In this document: one piece after another, positions 13,771 to 26,476 of the stretch
How positions within the stretch are numbered: position 1 is the stretch's first letter
How the letters are laid out: the number at the start of each line of letters is the position of its first letter
Origin: Chrysomallon squamiferum
Lineage: Eukaryota > Animalia > Mollusca
Direction: 5' to 3'
Assembly (NCBI GenBank): GCA_012295275.1
Contig: CM022670.1
Coordinates: 16,120,001-16,184,000, forward strand
Length of the DNA stretch: 64,000 bases
Notes under the pieces: generated by a model
The model's database searches: none
Told to the model about the DNA's origin: nothing
The model's input: the letters and a program-made list of their open reading frames with translations, nothing else
Program-made: the position numbers and the translations under genes

Positions 13771-14988
13771 AAAGAGAAATTTGATCTATGCTAGTTTTTT
13801 CCTAATTAATTTTTACTTCTTTTTTTTTAAATGCATAAGATTTCGAGGTATCAAGTAACAAATGGATTTCAACAATTAATGTAAATTGTAACTAGTGTAA
13901 AAACTACAAAATTTTAAAATTTAAAATTTTTTTTTTTTTTTTAAATGACATTCTTTCAATCAGAAACCACTGACAATCCCAAATGTTTAACTAAAATAAA
14001 ATTTCATAAATGGAAAAAAAAAAAAAATAAAAAAATTAATTAATAATCTAAAAATTCAGAATAAGACATGAAGTTTAACATAAAACAAACACACATTCTG
14101 CCTTATCCAATTTAAGTAGAACTTTCCAACAGGACATTAAATTTGCACTTCATAGCTCAAGACAGAATCTAGTCCTGAATATACCCTTAAGTTACCTATA
14201 GGCTGGGAATAGTGGATTTCTCTATAATTTCATACTTGTTTATCAACACACAAGTTTATTGCTCAGTAATGTAATAAATACTTTTATTAACGGCAGCTTG
14301 AAGATAAAAATCTTTTTAAAAGTGAACTTTGAAAGTTTGGATAAAACTACAAATAAAACTGCCTCCACCCTCATCCCCATACACAATTAAAAAATTAAAA
14401 ATAATAATAATAATTAATAAATAATTAAAAAAACCCATAAAACAAACAAACCAAAAAAACTATTAAAACAAATTGAAAATTCCCAATAAAATGGCTATAA
14501 AGTATAAAATTACACATTAAAATTTAAGAATGAATATTTAAAAGATTAAAAACACCAATAAATATAAAAACTCAAATAATAGTAAAAATATAAACAATAT
14601 ATAAAATATAAAAAAAAAACAGAAAGAAAGGAAGAAGAAAGAACAACAGAAAACATCTATGAAATATGAGAACTGTTTTAACCAGAAAAATAGTGAACCA
14701 TTTCCTTCGTATGTGCATCTTATACAATTACTTCAAATGAAAATAAAACACAGTGGGAGCTATCAAAACTAATAAAATCTACTCTTAGGTTTAAAGCTAA
14801 TTTCTGTTTTCTGAATCTTTTCACAGTACACTTTGCTATTTTATGCCATCCTGTAAGTATTTTTATTATTATTATTATATTTTTTTTGTTGCTTAGTTAA
14901 CAAAATATATCTTATTTTTAAAATGATTATTAAAAACAGAATAGTAATAAAACTGGACATCATAAAACATTTTAATTTTGTTTGTTCC

Positions 14989-15044
<56 letters not shown>
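14989..15044. repeat. (AAT)n microsatellite; similar tracts at ~2138-2190, 10874-10913, 20806-20857, 25083-25130, 42546-42598
   Basis: Direct trinucleotide runs; several produce the spurious poly-L/poly-N ORFs in the ORF track. Confidence 0.95.
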
Positions 15045-15046
<2 letters not shown>

Positions 15047-17580
15047 GTATAATAATAATTAAAGGAACTGAATTAGTAGTAGTAGTAGTTATAATAATAA
15101 TAATAAGAATAGCCATAATTGTAATAATAATAATAATAGAAAAATGGTAAATATGTTAATATGTGCAGCAATGCAGACTATACATATTATTTCAGACAGT
15201 TAAAGAAATACTGTAAAAACATATTCAACAATAATTTACTAACATACTAACAACAAAGTAACAATCAACCAGAGTAAATCCATCAAAAGACAACAAATCT
15301 TCCATTAAAATGTTAATTACTAAACTAAATATTTCACATACAGCAGTCTTAAAAGACAGGACATGTTTTAATAGCCAGAAAAGAAAGTTTTATTAATAAA
15401 TGCTAGAACATAAAAAGTTTTTTTTAATTTTTTATTAATAAAAGTTTGAGAAACATTGAAAACAACCCCATGCAAACTAAGTTTCATGAATTTGAATTAT
15501 AAGTTATCTAGAAACTAAGTAAGTTCAATTAAAATGATATATGTTTTAAACAATGGCAACCAATATGTGTTTACAGCTCAGCATTTAGCTAAATGATTCA
15601 CACAGAACTAAAATAATTCTACTCAGGTAGTATATAATTCATCTTTTCAAAGATAAACAATTGCACTGTCAAAAATAATTCAAATGGCAAGATGTGATAC
15701 TGGTAACTAAATAATTTAAGTGAAAATAATTATTTTAACTAAAAATATTTTGTGAAAATACATTTTTAGTAAGTCAGCATAATAATGGTGAAGATTTTTG
15801 CATATTCTGTTCTTGCCAGTGAGTTTATAACACTTCTATACAAATATACACAATTTCCAAAAATATATATATATAAATATATGTAGCATTTTCTCAACAA
15901 CTGATTATGACTAAACATTAGTGAATAACATACAACTATTTACACTATGTACAATGTCCCACATTATTAGTTCATTCTTTCCTTTTTTTTTAAAAAGAAA
16001 AAAACAAGAAATGCAAAAAAAAAAAAAATTTAATTTTTTAAAATTGGTACAAATATAAAAAAAATTAAAAAGAAAAATGTGAAATAAAACTTCACTGAAT
16101 TGAAATTTAATCTGAACAGCATCAGTAAATCAAATCTATGTATAAATAAACAAATAATAATAAAAAAAAATTAGAGTGAAAAGGTTAATATTAACAAAAT
16201 TTAAAAATAATAATAATAATTAAAAGAAAAAGAAAATTAAAAAATATGTAATAATAATTATAATAATAATAACAATAAAATAAAATTTAATATAATGCTT
16301 TTAATATTTAATCTATAAACAAGATGATTAATGTCAACATAGATTTTGAATACTATTAACATACTCTGAAAAAGACCTCCTTAAATGCTTTGTTTTCAAA
16401 TAGGTTCTAAAATAAATAAAAAAGAAATAAAATAAAATAATAGTAATATTAAAAATAATTTTGCAAAAATTCTTAAATACAAGAAAAATATTTGAGTTGC
16501 CACAAGAATTTGTTTTTTGATAATGGTTGTGAAAAAAGATAAATATTTTCTGTGATTTATTAAAAGAATTCCCTAAAAGATGAAGTAATAATGATTTCTT
16601 TTCAGTTCATTAATATCTTTATTTTGATTTACTAAATAAATTCATATATTTTCTTTGGTTGATAAGAAAACTTCAGATTAAATCAAATAATGTTGATTCA
16701 TATAATTTTGTAATATGCTCTGAAAAAGAATGATGATTCAAAAAAAAAAAAAAAATTAATGTGTATAAATGTTTGGTAGATATACACTGAAATTTGGCAA
16801 TAATTTTTTTTTTTTTAAAACAATCCTTTTGACTTTCGCTTATATTTTATAAATAACTCTACATACTAAACAAAATATTTCTTGAAGCTCATATGAATGA
16901 ATAATGCCAAAATTTAAAATGTTTATTTTCTTTTGAAATTTAGAAATAATATAAATGATTCATGAATTTCTTGTTAAAGCTGATTTTTTGTTTGTTTTTA
17001 ACTTTGATATGAACTTTAGGTTGTAACAAACCATTGACTTAGAAATATTTCATAAACTTTTTCATTATCATTTTATTATTGACAGCTAGCCTTTGCTAAC
17101 AAAAAAGTTTAAATAAGTTATTATGGAGGATATATAAATGGTGATATTTTCTTCACAATTGCAAGGTCATTTAGTAAAGAGACAGGTGGAATATATCTTG
17201 ACATTAAAACTCTTAAAAATGTCAGTTAAACAAAATTAAAACTGTTATATTACAATTCCCAAACTGACATGTTATGAAAATCTACATGTATATTTATTTA
17301 AAAATTTTAAATATAGTTTCTGTTCTAAGCAGTGTAATTTTTATATTATTGAAGAATATTTCCAACAAAAAAAATGCCTATAAAATATAGAATATGATTA
17401 CTCTTGTGATGTTATTTTATGTTTTGAAATTTGATATTAATAATTTTTAATGATTATTTCAATTCAAAACTCTACAGATTAATTAATTTTAATTTTTACA
17501 AAAGCTCAGATAGTCTTAAGGAAGCAACTGTAAATTTTATTTTTTATTCTTTTTTTTTTCAAAATATAACGAACTGTATA

Positions 17581-18557
17581 TTAATATAAATTTTTGAATG
17601 TTGTAAATAAAATAATGATGCCATTTTGTGGAGCTGAAAAAGAAATTATTATTATTTTAATCATTAGGTTCACTGTAACTAGAAAGAGAACTAGTGGGAG
17701 ACAAAAATGCTCATCTACAGACATGAATGATTCACAAGAACTCCTTATGCTGGGAGGACTGAAATCTCTTCTTTTAACTTTTTCTTCATCGGTCTCTGTT
17801 CGCAAGCAGTCATAGCTGTGCTTGTTGAGATACAGTCTGTTGTTGTTGCAACAAAAATCAGTTTCTAGTGAACACTGCTTGATGTGTGAGAATAACTTCC
17901 GTTTGTTTGAGCACCAGTGACTAGACTGACTGTTCAGCGAGGAATCGAAGCCCAGGGGACAGTCCAGGTAAACAGATTCCGACTCGTCGCTGCTTTCACA
18001 GATTGCTTCGCTCCTCTGGAACCTTTCAGGGTTGTTGATGAAATCATATTGCAGCTTTATGGCAACAGCATCGGAGATTATTGCACTTTTTGATCGCGAG
18101 CGCTCGTTCATTTTTTTCGAAGAGTTCCACTTGGCGCTGCCATGTAGCGACTCCTGGTGAAGTTCTTCGGCAGCACGGCGCAACAACACCGGCGACGTCG
18201 GCAAGGAGTGACAGTTCCGTCCCCATATCACGCTGGTCTTGCTGCAGTTCAGGTCAGGGGTCATGGGCGTCACTGGGGGAGTGAACAGATATGCAGGAGA
18301 AGGGGGATTGTACAGCTGTTCTGAATTATTATCACAGGAAATGCCAAATACTTTGCGGCCATCTTTGAAGCGCTGCAGCCCAGCAAAAGGATTGCTGTTT
18401 GTTGGAGCATAATAGGGATCATCTCTGCTCATCACCTGACCGATATAGAGAGGTGTTAGAAAAGAAGGTTCATCCAAAGTTTCTATGTCACTTGAACTGT
18501 CATTGGCTTGTAAAATGTTGTCTTCTGATTTTGATCTCTTGCAAATTGTTGTTTCAA
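17581..18557 (-). CDS. TESK: TESK coding exon 10 (Ser/Pro-rich C-terminal tail)
   Basis: tgcag acceptor, phase 1, continuing in frame into the 17581-18477 ORF. Contains KRSKSEDN and [10 protein letters not shown] (compare the vertebrate TESK 14-3-3 site RCRSLP). True stop may be 17657-17659 (see findings). Confidence 0.85.
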
Positions 18558-20805
18558 CTGCAAAATATTTATGTAAATAAATATACCTAGTCTTCTCAAA
18601 AAAACAACTAAATAATTCAAAATGAAAAATACAATTCAGAAAATTAAATATAGCATCAAAATATTTTCTTTTACCATAAATGAATTTTACAAAAGTCTCA
18701 CCAGTTCTCTCCCTTTCCTGACAGAGAATGTCATTCTGCAGATTGTTTTGGATTCTTTTAAGAGGATCTATTACCTCCTCAAAAGAAGGTCTCTTTTTGG
18801 GATCAACCTATAAAAATTATATACAGTAAGTTGAAATGAGTACATTTATCAGCAAGAGTTTTCAAAATTATATATTTGTATTTTTGAATCAGGTCTGCTG
18901 GTAGAAAGGTGTAAAATCAAATTGGCATTTACAACTTTGATATGTTAATTTGTTTTACAGCAATTTGGTCAAAGCAGGGAACTAATAATAATAATAATAA
19001 TAATAACAAGAAAAAAATAAAAGATCACAGAAATTTTAGAAACACAATAATTCATTTTTTTTTTTGTTGTTAATTAATCAAAACCAAAAACAAACAAAAC
19101 AAACAAAAATCATAAAATAAATGCAAAATAAAAAAATAAACAACAAAACAAAAACTCTAGACAAAAAATATTTAATATTTCTGAATAATTTATTTTCTGT
19201 TTAAAGACATAACTTTCTGTGACTTCTAATACAAACCTGACAACATCTAAAAGCTAGCTGAAGAAAATCCAAGGGACAGTACTCAACCTTTTCACTGAAT
19301 GCCACATAGTCAACTCCAAAATTCTGTCAAACAACAAAATTATTTATTAAACAAATTTCAGTTCCAATTTTCTGACAAACACACACATACACTAACATGT
19401 ATTGAAAAAAAAATCAGATATACATTCATATCAAACAAAACATGTAAACATACTCATATTTAAAAATTCAGTTTTAGAATTAAATGAAAGAACAAATTAT
19501 TGTAATACAAATTATTGTAATACAAATTATTTACATCTATGGAATCAAAAGTTTATCAAAACATGTAAATATACATTTAAAATTAATTTAGAATGAAATA
19601 AAAGAACAAGGTATTGTTAAACAAATTAAATTACATCTCTGGAATAAACAAATTTAATATTTTGTTTTTATTCAGTATGTAAATGACAGCATTTTATCCC
19701 GTTTTTTCTCCATTTTAGAAAAAAAAAAAAAGAAATAAAACAGGTAGAAACATTTATATAAACTAAATTACCTGTGTCCTGGGCAAAACATCAGGATCTG
19801 CTTCTATCCGAGCTGTAATCTCACAGAGTATGACACCATAGGAAAAAACATCAACCTGCAACAACAGATAAAGAAATATATTTAAAATTATTCTGTATCG
19901 CAAATTATTATTTAAAATCACATCTGCAGTCTGGTGTTTGTTAATAAATGTCAACTATTCTATCAGTGATTTTTCATACACTGTATTAGTAAATACTTTG
20001 TGCTAAAACAAACCTTTTCATTGTACTGTTCTCCTCTTAGCACCTCTGGTCCCATCCAGTATGGTGACCCAACAATAGACAGCCGGTAATCTTTATCTCT
20101 GTAAAACAACAGTGTGTTAACTATTAATGATAGATTTGTTTTATTATTTAGTAAATAAACTGGAAAAGAATGATGACCTATAAAATCTTTGGAAACAAAT
20201 AAATAAAACAAAATTACAATATTTGAAACAATTAAAAAATTTAATAAGACTTTGATTTTTAATTATGTCTTCAGAACTGTCATTTAAACAAAATAATAAT
20301 TTAAAACATAACTAAACAGTTGATAAACGTAGGTCAGGAATATAAAACCAAGTGACATAAATACACTAACATTTACGTTATTTTCTGACTATAATTTTCT
20401 GTGTGAAACAAACAGGAAGGGGAAACATTCAGTTTTAAAATAATTCTACAGTCAACAGATACACTGAGCAGCAAACACTTCAAATGTTGCCAACAAAGGA
20501 AGTTGTTAGCTGTATTTTTACATGTACACTCTGACATAACTTAAAAAAATGTAGTGACGGTCAAGTGTGAAAGCAGGAAAAAAAACCCCAAAAACAAACA
20601 ACTGATGTATGAAATAATAAAAATACATCATAAAACACAAAATTGATACAAATAATAAATAAAATAAAATAATGATAACAATAACAGTGTAAATAATAGC
20701 AATAATAATATTTAAACAGTGGTAGTACTAATAATATTTGTAATAATAGTAGTAATAGTAAAAAAATTATAATAATGTTATAATAATAATAATCATAATA
20801 AGGCT

Positions 20806-20858
<53 letters not shown>

Positions 20859-21826
20859 TGGATGCACACAGATTTGTACCACAACAACATTACTTACAGA
20901 GGATCAGGAATTTTTGTAGCAAATCCAAAGTCAGCGATTATTGCTATATATCTTTCATTGTCTTCCTTCTTAATCAAAACATTCTGCAAAAACAACAGTG
21001 TAAATTAGCAGATGGATGGAAAGGTGACAGAAACGTTAATTAATCTCACAGCTGAGACAATCTGAAAATTACTTATATTCACAATCCTTTTTTTACTGCT
21101 ATTATTTTTGTTTTGCCACAGAGATGTAACAGAATGCTGTTTGGGCAGAAAAAGGGCAATAACCTTCAGATGTGTGCTAGATACATCAGATACTCAACAG
21201 AGGTGTGTTATTCCTGCAATAAGCTTAAGATTACTTAGTACCCTGTGGTTTTGACTAACAGGTGCAAAAAAAAAACAATTTGGTTTACCTTCGATGTCAA
21301 ATCTCGATGAAAGAACCCTTGTGAGTGAATATATTTCATCCCAGATGCTATGTCGATGGAAAGACTAATTCTCAACATCCATGGCAGTTCTTCATCTCCA
21401 GCTAGTAACTGGTCTAAGCTTCCTCCATTAATAAACTAAAAAAATAATAATAGTAAATACAAATAACAATAATAATTAAAGAAATAAAGAAATAATAATA
21501 AAATGTTTTATATTAAACAAATTATTGCATATTCAGTGAAACATGAGACAGGCTTCTGGCATGCTTTTGAGTTATTTGTGTGAACATTCGAAAAACAATA
21601 ACAATAATTTTTTAAATGGTTTATATTTAACAAATTATTGCATAACCAGTGTAACTTGAGACAGGCTTCTGGCATTATTTTGAGTTATTTGTGTGAACAG
21701 CCAAATATGTATATGCTTTTTTGATGTTCCAAACGTTAAGATTTTTTTTTAGCGATTTTACTTTAGTGCATTTCCTGCAAGTTTTTATTAGTTAAAATAT
21801 ACATGTTAGTTATATATGTGTGTGTA

Positions 21827-21859
<33 letters not shown>

Positions 21860-24800
21860 TTGTCTGTGTCTGTCTGTCTGATATGTGTGTGTTGTTTGTA
21901 TGAATGATAAAAAATTAAAAATAAAATATGAATAAATTAGAATCAACTTTTTCTCATTAATAATAATTTAGTGTAAGTAACTGATGTTCATTAGTTAATT
22001 CTATGTTAATTTACATATACACACATTTATATTTTTACATCATGCTAAAGCTAAAAAAACACACTTAATTGATCTGGACATCTGATTAAAACAGCCACTG
22101 CATTGTGTGCACAGTTAAAATAGAAACTTTAATGTGGTGTCACGAATAGTTACATTAAATTTGAACAAGTTCAGCTCTTGTTAATAATTCAACACCACAT
22201 TACTGCCTGTACAGACACTGCTCCAGAATCATGAAAACTAATATGTTTACATCATTAACAAAAGCTAACAATCTTTTTTTTTTACAGTTAGTGGAAAAAA
22301 AATAAAAATAAAAAATAATAATAATAATTAATAAAAATTATTGGGTTGAGGAATAAATCATTTCGGTTAAATTACATTTAATCATTATACTGAAGAAAAC
22401 GTAAGCTTAATTGGATAACTTGATGTAATTTAATCAATAATGTATTCTCCATTCTTATTTACCACTTCTTCCCAACAATTATCATTAAACTTAAGTTTTC
22501 TTCTGTGTAATGATTAAATATAACTTAACCGCAATGACTTATTCCTCAACCCAATAAGATACATTAAAAGCAAAATTATTCAAAATGAAAGTTTCATATT
22601 TTTTTTCAAAACTGCACATTTGTAAAACTGATGCTTGGAAAGTGTCATAATATAAAAAAAAAAAAAAAAAAAAAAAAATTGTAATATAGGTTAACTGTAG
22701 AAGAGGTGTTTGTAAAGTTTTAACAAGCTTACTTTTATAAAACCAGTTTTTAACAAAAACTGACTGACTAGTGTATAACTGGCAATTTGTTATCTGAAAT
22801 CTCTCTTCTTAACTCTCCAGTCATCTCGGATGGTGAGAAAAAAAACCTGACTACAGAGGTATCTGTTATATGTGAAATGTTGTGCAGTTGGCACAAGTGT
22901 AATACCAGCAACTGATGGATGATAGAACAGCAGCAGGTAAACAAGACTAGTCAAGGATAAACAAAAATAACGCCAGAGTTAGAACAGACAGACAGACAGA
23001 CAGACAGTGATTCTGCAACAACATCCACCCACACACTGAATCTGAACAACTGTCTATAAATACTTCTCAGATACCTGTGATACCAAGCTTCTTGAAGCAG
23101 TACTATTTAGGTGTTGACTATTTCAAAATAAAAACTGGTAAATTTTTGTCCTCATCCCATATGTTAATTTTGATTTACCAATTTTAAAACCAAAACTGGA
23201 AAGGATTAAATTTTCATCCTAAATCTTTGTTTATTAAAATATTTTCATATATTTATTTTAAAATAAAAATTTGATAAATTTTCACCCTTATTCTGTATGT
23301 TTATTTAAATAGTTTTATTTATTTTAAAATTAAGAATTGATAAAGCTGTCATTTTCATATTCATTCTGTATGTTTATTTAAAATTATGTTTCTTTATTTA
23401 TTTTAAAATAAATATTTGTAAAATTAAATTTTTATTTCATTCTGTATGTTTACATAAATAGTTTTATTTATTTATTTTATAATAAAAATTGGTAAAGATC
23501 ATATTTTCAATCTGTTTCTGTACATTTATTCAAATAGTTTTGTTTATTTATTTATTGATTTAAAAATAGTGGGTTGAATTGTTCACCATAAAGACAGACA
23601 ACATTATAAAACTGTCAACAGGCTGAAGTGATGCCTCAGAGAAGTGCAAAGTTAAAATGGAGATATCTCTCAGCTGTCTTGTTACTGATCTTAGTGAATG
23701 ACCATATCCTTTGACAGTGTAGTTATTTTGATATTTCAGGAAATTTTAAGATGACAGTGATACATCTTAACACACACAGCCTCTCACAGGATAACACCTC
23801 TTAATTATACCAAGGCCATAACATCAAATTTAACTTTATACTGTCAACATTGTAGTAAAAATACCAAATTCTCACTCGCTTGAAGTATCTTTAATGGTAT
23901 GAATAACTATGATGTTCACAATGTAACAATGTTAAATATGTATCTTGCAGATATCAGCAAGTTACGTAATAAGAAATGAATGTACATTCTATAGTTTTGA
24001 TAATTCATAAGCGTTGGCTCGTGTGTTAAGAATTAAAATAACTATAAAACTCAAATGCTAATAAAATAAAATAAAATAATAATAATAATAATAAAAATTA
24101 TATATATAATATATAAAAAAAAAAAAATTTTTTTTAAAAAGATTATTAAAAAGATTAATAAAAATAATAATAATATAAAATAAAAAAATAAAAATAAAAA
24201 TAAGTAATAAATAATAATGAAAAATGGATCACAAACAAAATAAATTTTATTTTTAAAAATATTTCACTAAAAATATTTATAAAAAATTAAGGGCTACTGC
24301 TTATATTTCTTCTGTACTTATAAGGATAATATTTTATTTATTCCACATCTGCATGTATTTTATTATTTATATTTAATATGCCATGGATTTTTTTTTTTGA
24401 TTTTCTGTTAAACATAAAATAACATGTTTCAGTGATGATTACCAATATTGACATTTTATTTTACAGTATAAAACTATTTTATATTCTGTAGACATTGTGT
24501 GAATCTCACAGATGAAATAAAATGTAAAACTGATATTTAAAAATGTATAGCAAACATCCATATGAAATAAAATTTCCATATAAATGACAGTAAACTGTCT
24601 TTCTGAATATGTAAATAAATAAATAAAAAATAATAATAAAATAAATAAATAAATAAATAAACAGCAGTGTTACTATAGTTTTCATATTAGAGAATGACAC
24701 TGTTTATGTTCAAACATGGAAAATACTGCAGAGTTCTTTGCAGACAAATTCCTGAAATGCACAAACAAGCAGATGTAAAAATGCAGTGTGACCAAACATG

Positions 24801-25081
24801 ACAATATTTCCATGTTGAGAGATGCATATTAAGCAAACTTCACAGTTTTGTCAGACTGTCTCACACTGTTGTCAGACTGTCTCACACTATTGTCAAACTG
24901 TCTCACACTGTTACATTGTCTGCCATAGACTGAACTCAGGAAAAAGAAAATTACAAATGGCAGAATTACAAAAATATTAAATTATATGCAACAGTTTAAA
25001 ATGATTTGCAGTTTGAAAAAGGTACTTCTTGTTGAGCATATCTTAAGATTATTTTTCCGATATGGAATAGTTAAATAAATA

Positions 25082-25133
<52 letters not shown>

Positions 25134-26402
25134 TAAAAAAAAATAAATAAATAAAAATAAAAATAAAAATAATAATAATAAATAACAAAATAAAAAATTA
25201 TAAACATGTATATCAAAATCAACACTATTCATTTATAAAATAATAATAAATTAAATAAAAAAAATTGAAAAGAAAAGAAAAAGAAATAAGTAAAACCTGA
25301 AACAAGAACAAATGCACCTTATAATTACATTCATGTTTTTAACAGTTTTCTTTCTGTATAAAACTCATTAAAACAGCATAAATAAATAAGAAGGCTGAAA
25401 TTAAGTGAAGTTGATGGATGACAACATAATGACACATTCTGTGTAGTTCAGTGTTTATCTGCACACATTAATAAACATGTTTACAAGTTCAGCTCACTTT
25501 TTAAAAATAATGGTAATACATTTTTTTTAAATAAAATTAAAATTAAAAATAAAAATTATAAAAATAAAATAAATAAAAAAATACATAAATAAAAATATAA
25601 TTAAATAAAAGATAAATAAATAAGTAAATAAAATTTAAAAAAATAAAAATAAAAATAAAAAAGATAAAAAAATAATAATATTAATAAAAATAAAATTAAT
25701 TTAAAAAATTGGAAATTAAATATTAATAAAGTGACTATTGCAGGATCATAATTACAACTGTAAGCTTTTTCAGCAAATTTTCAGAGAAGGGTGGAAATAA
25801 CATTTTCTAAATTCTTAAACTGTTATTTTAGGACGCCAATTTATATTAAAAAAAATTATAATAATGGAGAGAAAAAAAAAAAAAAGAAAAAGAAAGTTTA
25901 ACAAGCTTAATTCCACTGCTAATTTTTGGGTAAAATAACTGAATCTAATTTAGTCTGCAAAACAAATCCACATATCGATCCCTCTAGAAAAAAAAGTGTC
26001 AGAACTAGAAATCAAAAAGTAACATCTTTGACACCTACTGAACATTTCAATCTGTGGAGTGTTAGAGAAAATACAGTAACATCTGATTAACAGAAGCATG
26101 TGAGAATGTAAGGAGGCAAATCTGACACAATTAACATCTCCTTACTGCACAGAATGGTAAGGCAATGAACTCTGATCAGCCAAAGCAATTTCCTGCTGGC
26201 TGGCACTGGAATAAACAACTTGGGACTTGTATACAGCTACCTAGTCAAGGGCAAAACAGACACAGGACTGGTTAATGATGATGTGTGTACAAAATTACTA
26301 ACAGAAGCTTAATTCCACCAATGTTTGTTTCCTTCAATCAGACTGCTTTGATTAGTGGTTTCAATTGTCTGAGTGTGTTTCTCTGTTTGTATGTGTGTAT
26401 GT

Positions 26403-26476
<74 letters not shown>

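Noticed and set aside
14841-15150. Poly-Leu/poly-Asn ORFs (also 345-572, 20561-20890, 24982-25188, 60324-60614)
   Set aside because: Translations of (AAT)n or other AT-rich low-complexity DNA; no splice or homology support.
17594-18590. Plus-strand and alternate-frame ORFs overlapping TESK exon 10 (likewise 4590-4793 and 41343-41614)
   Set aside because: Short shadow ORFs of real coding exons with no recognisable protein features.
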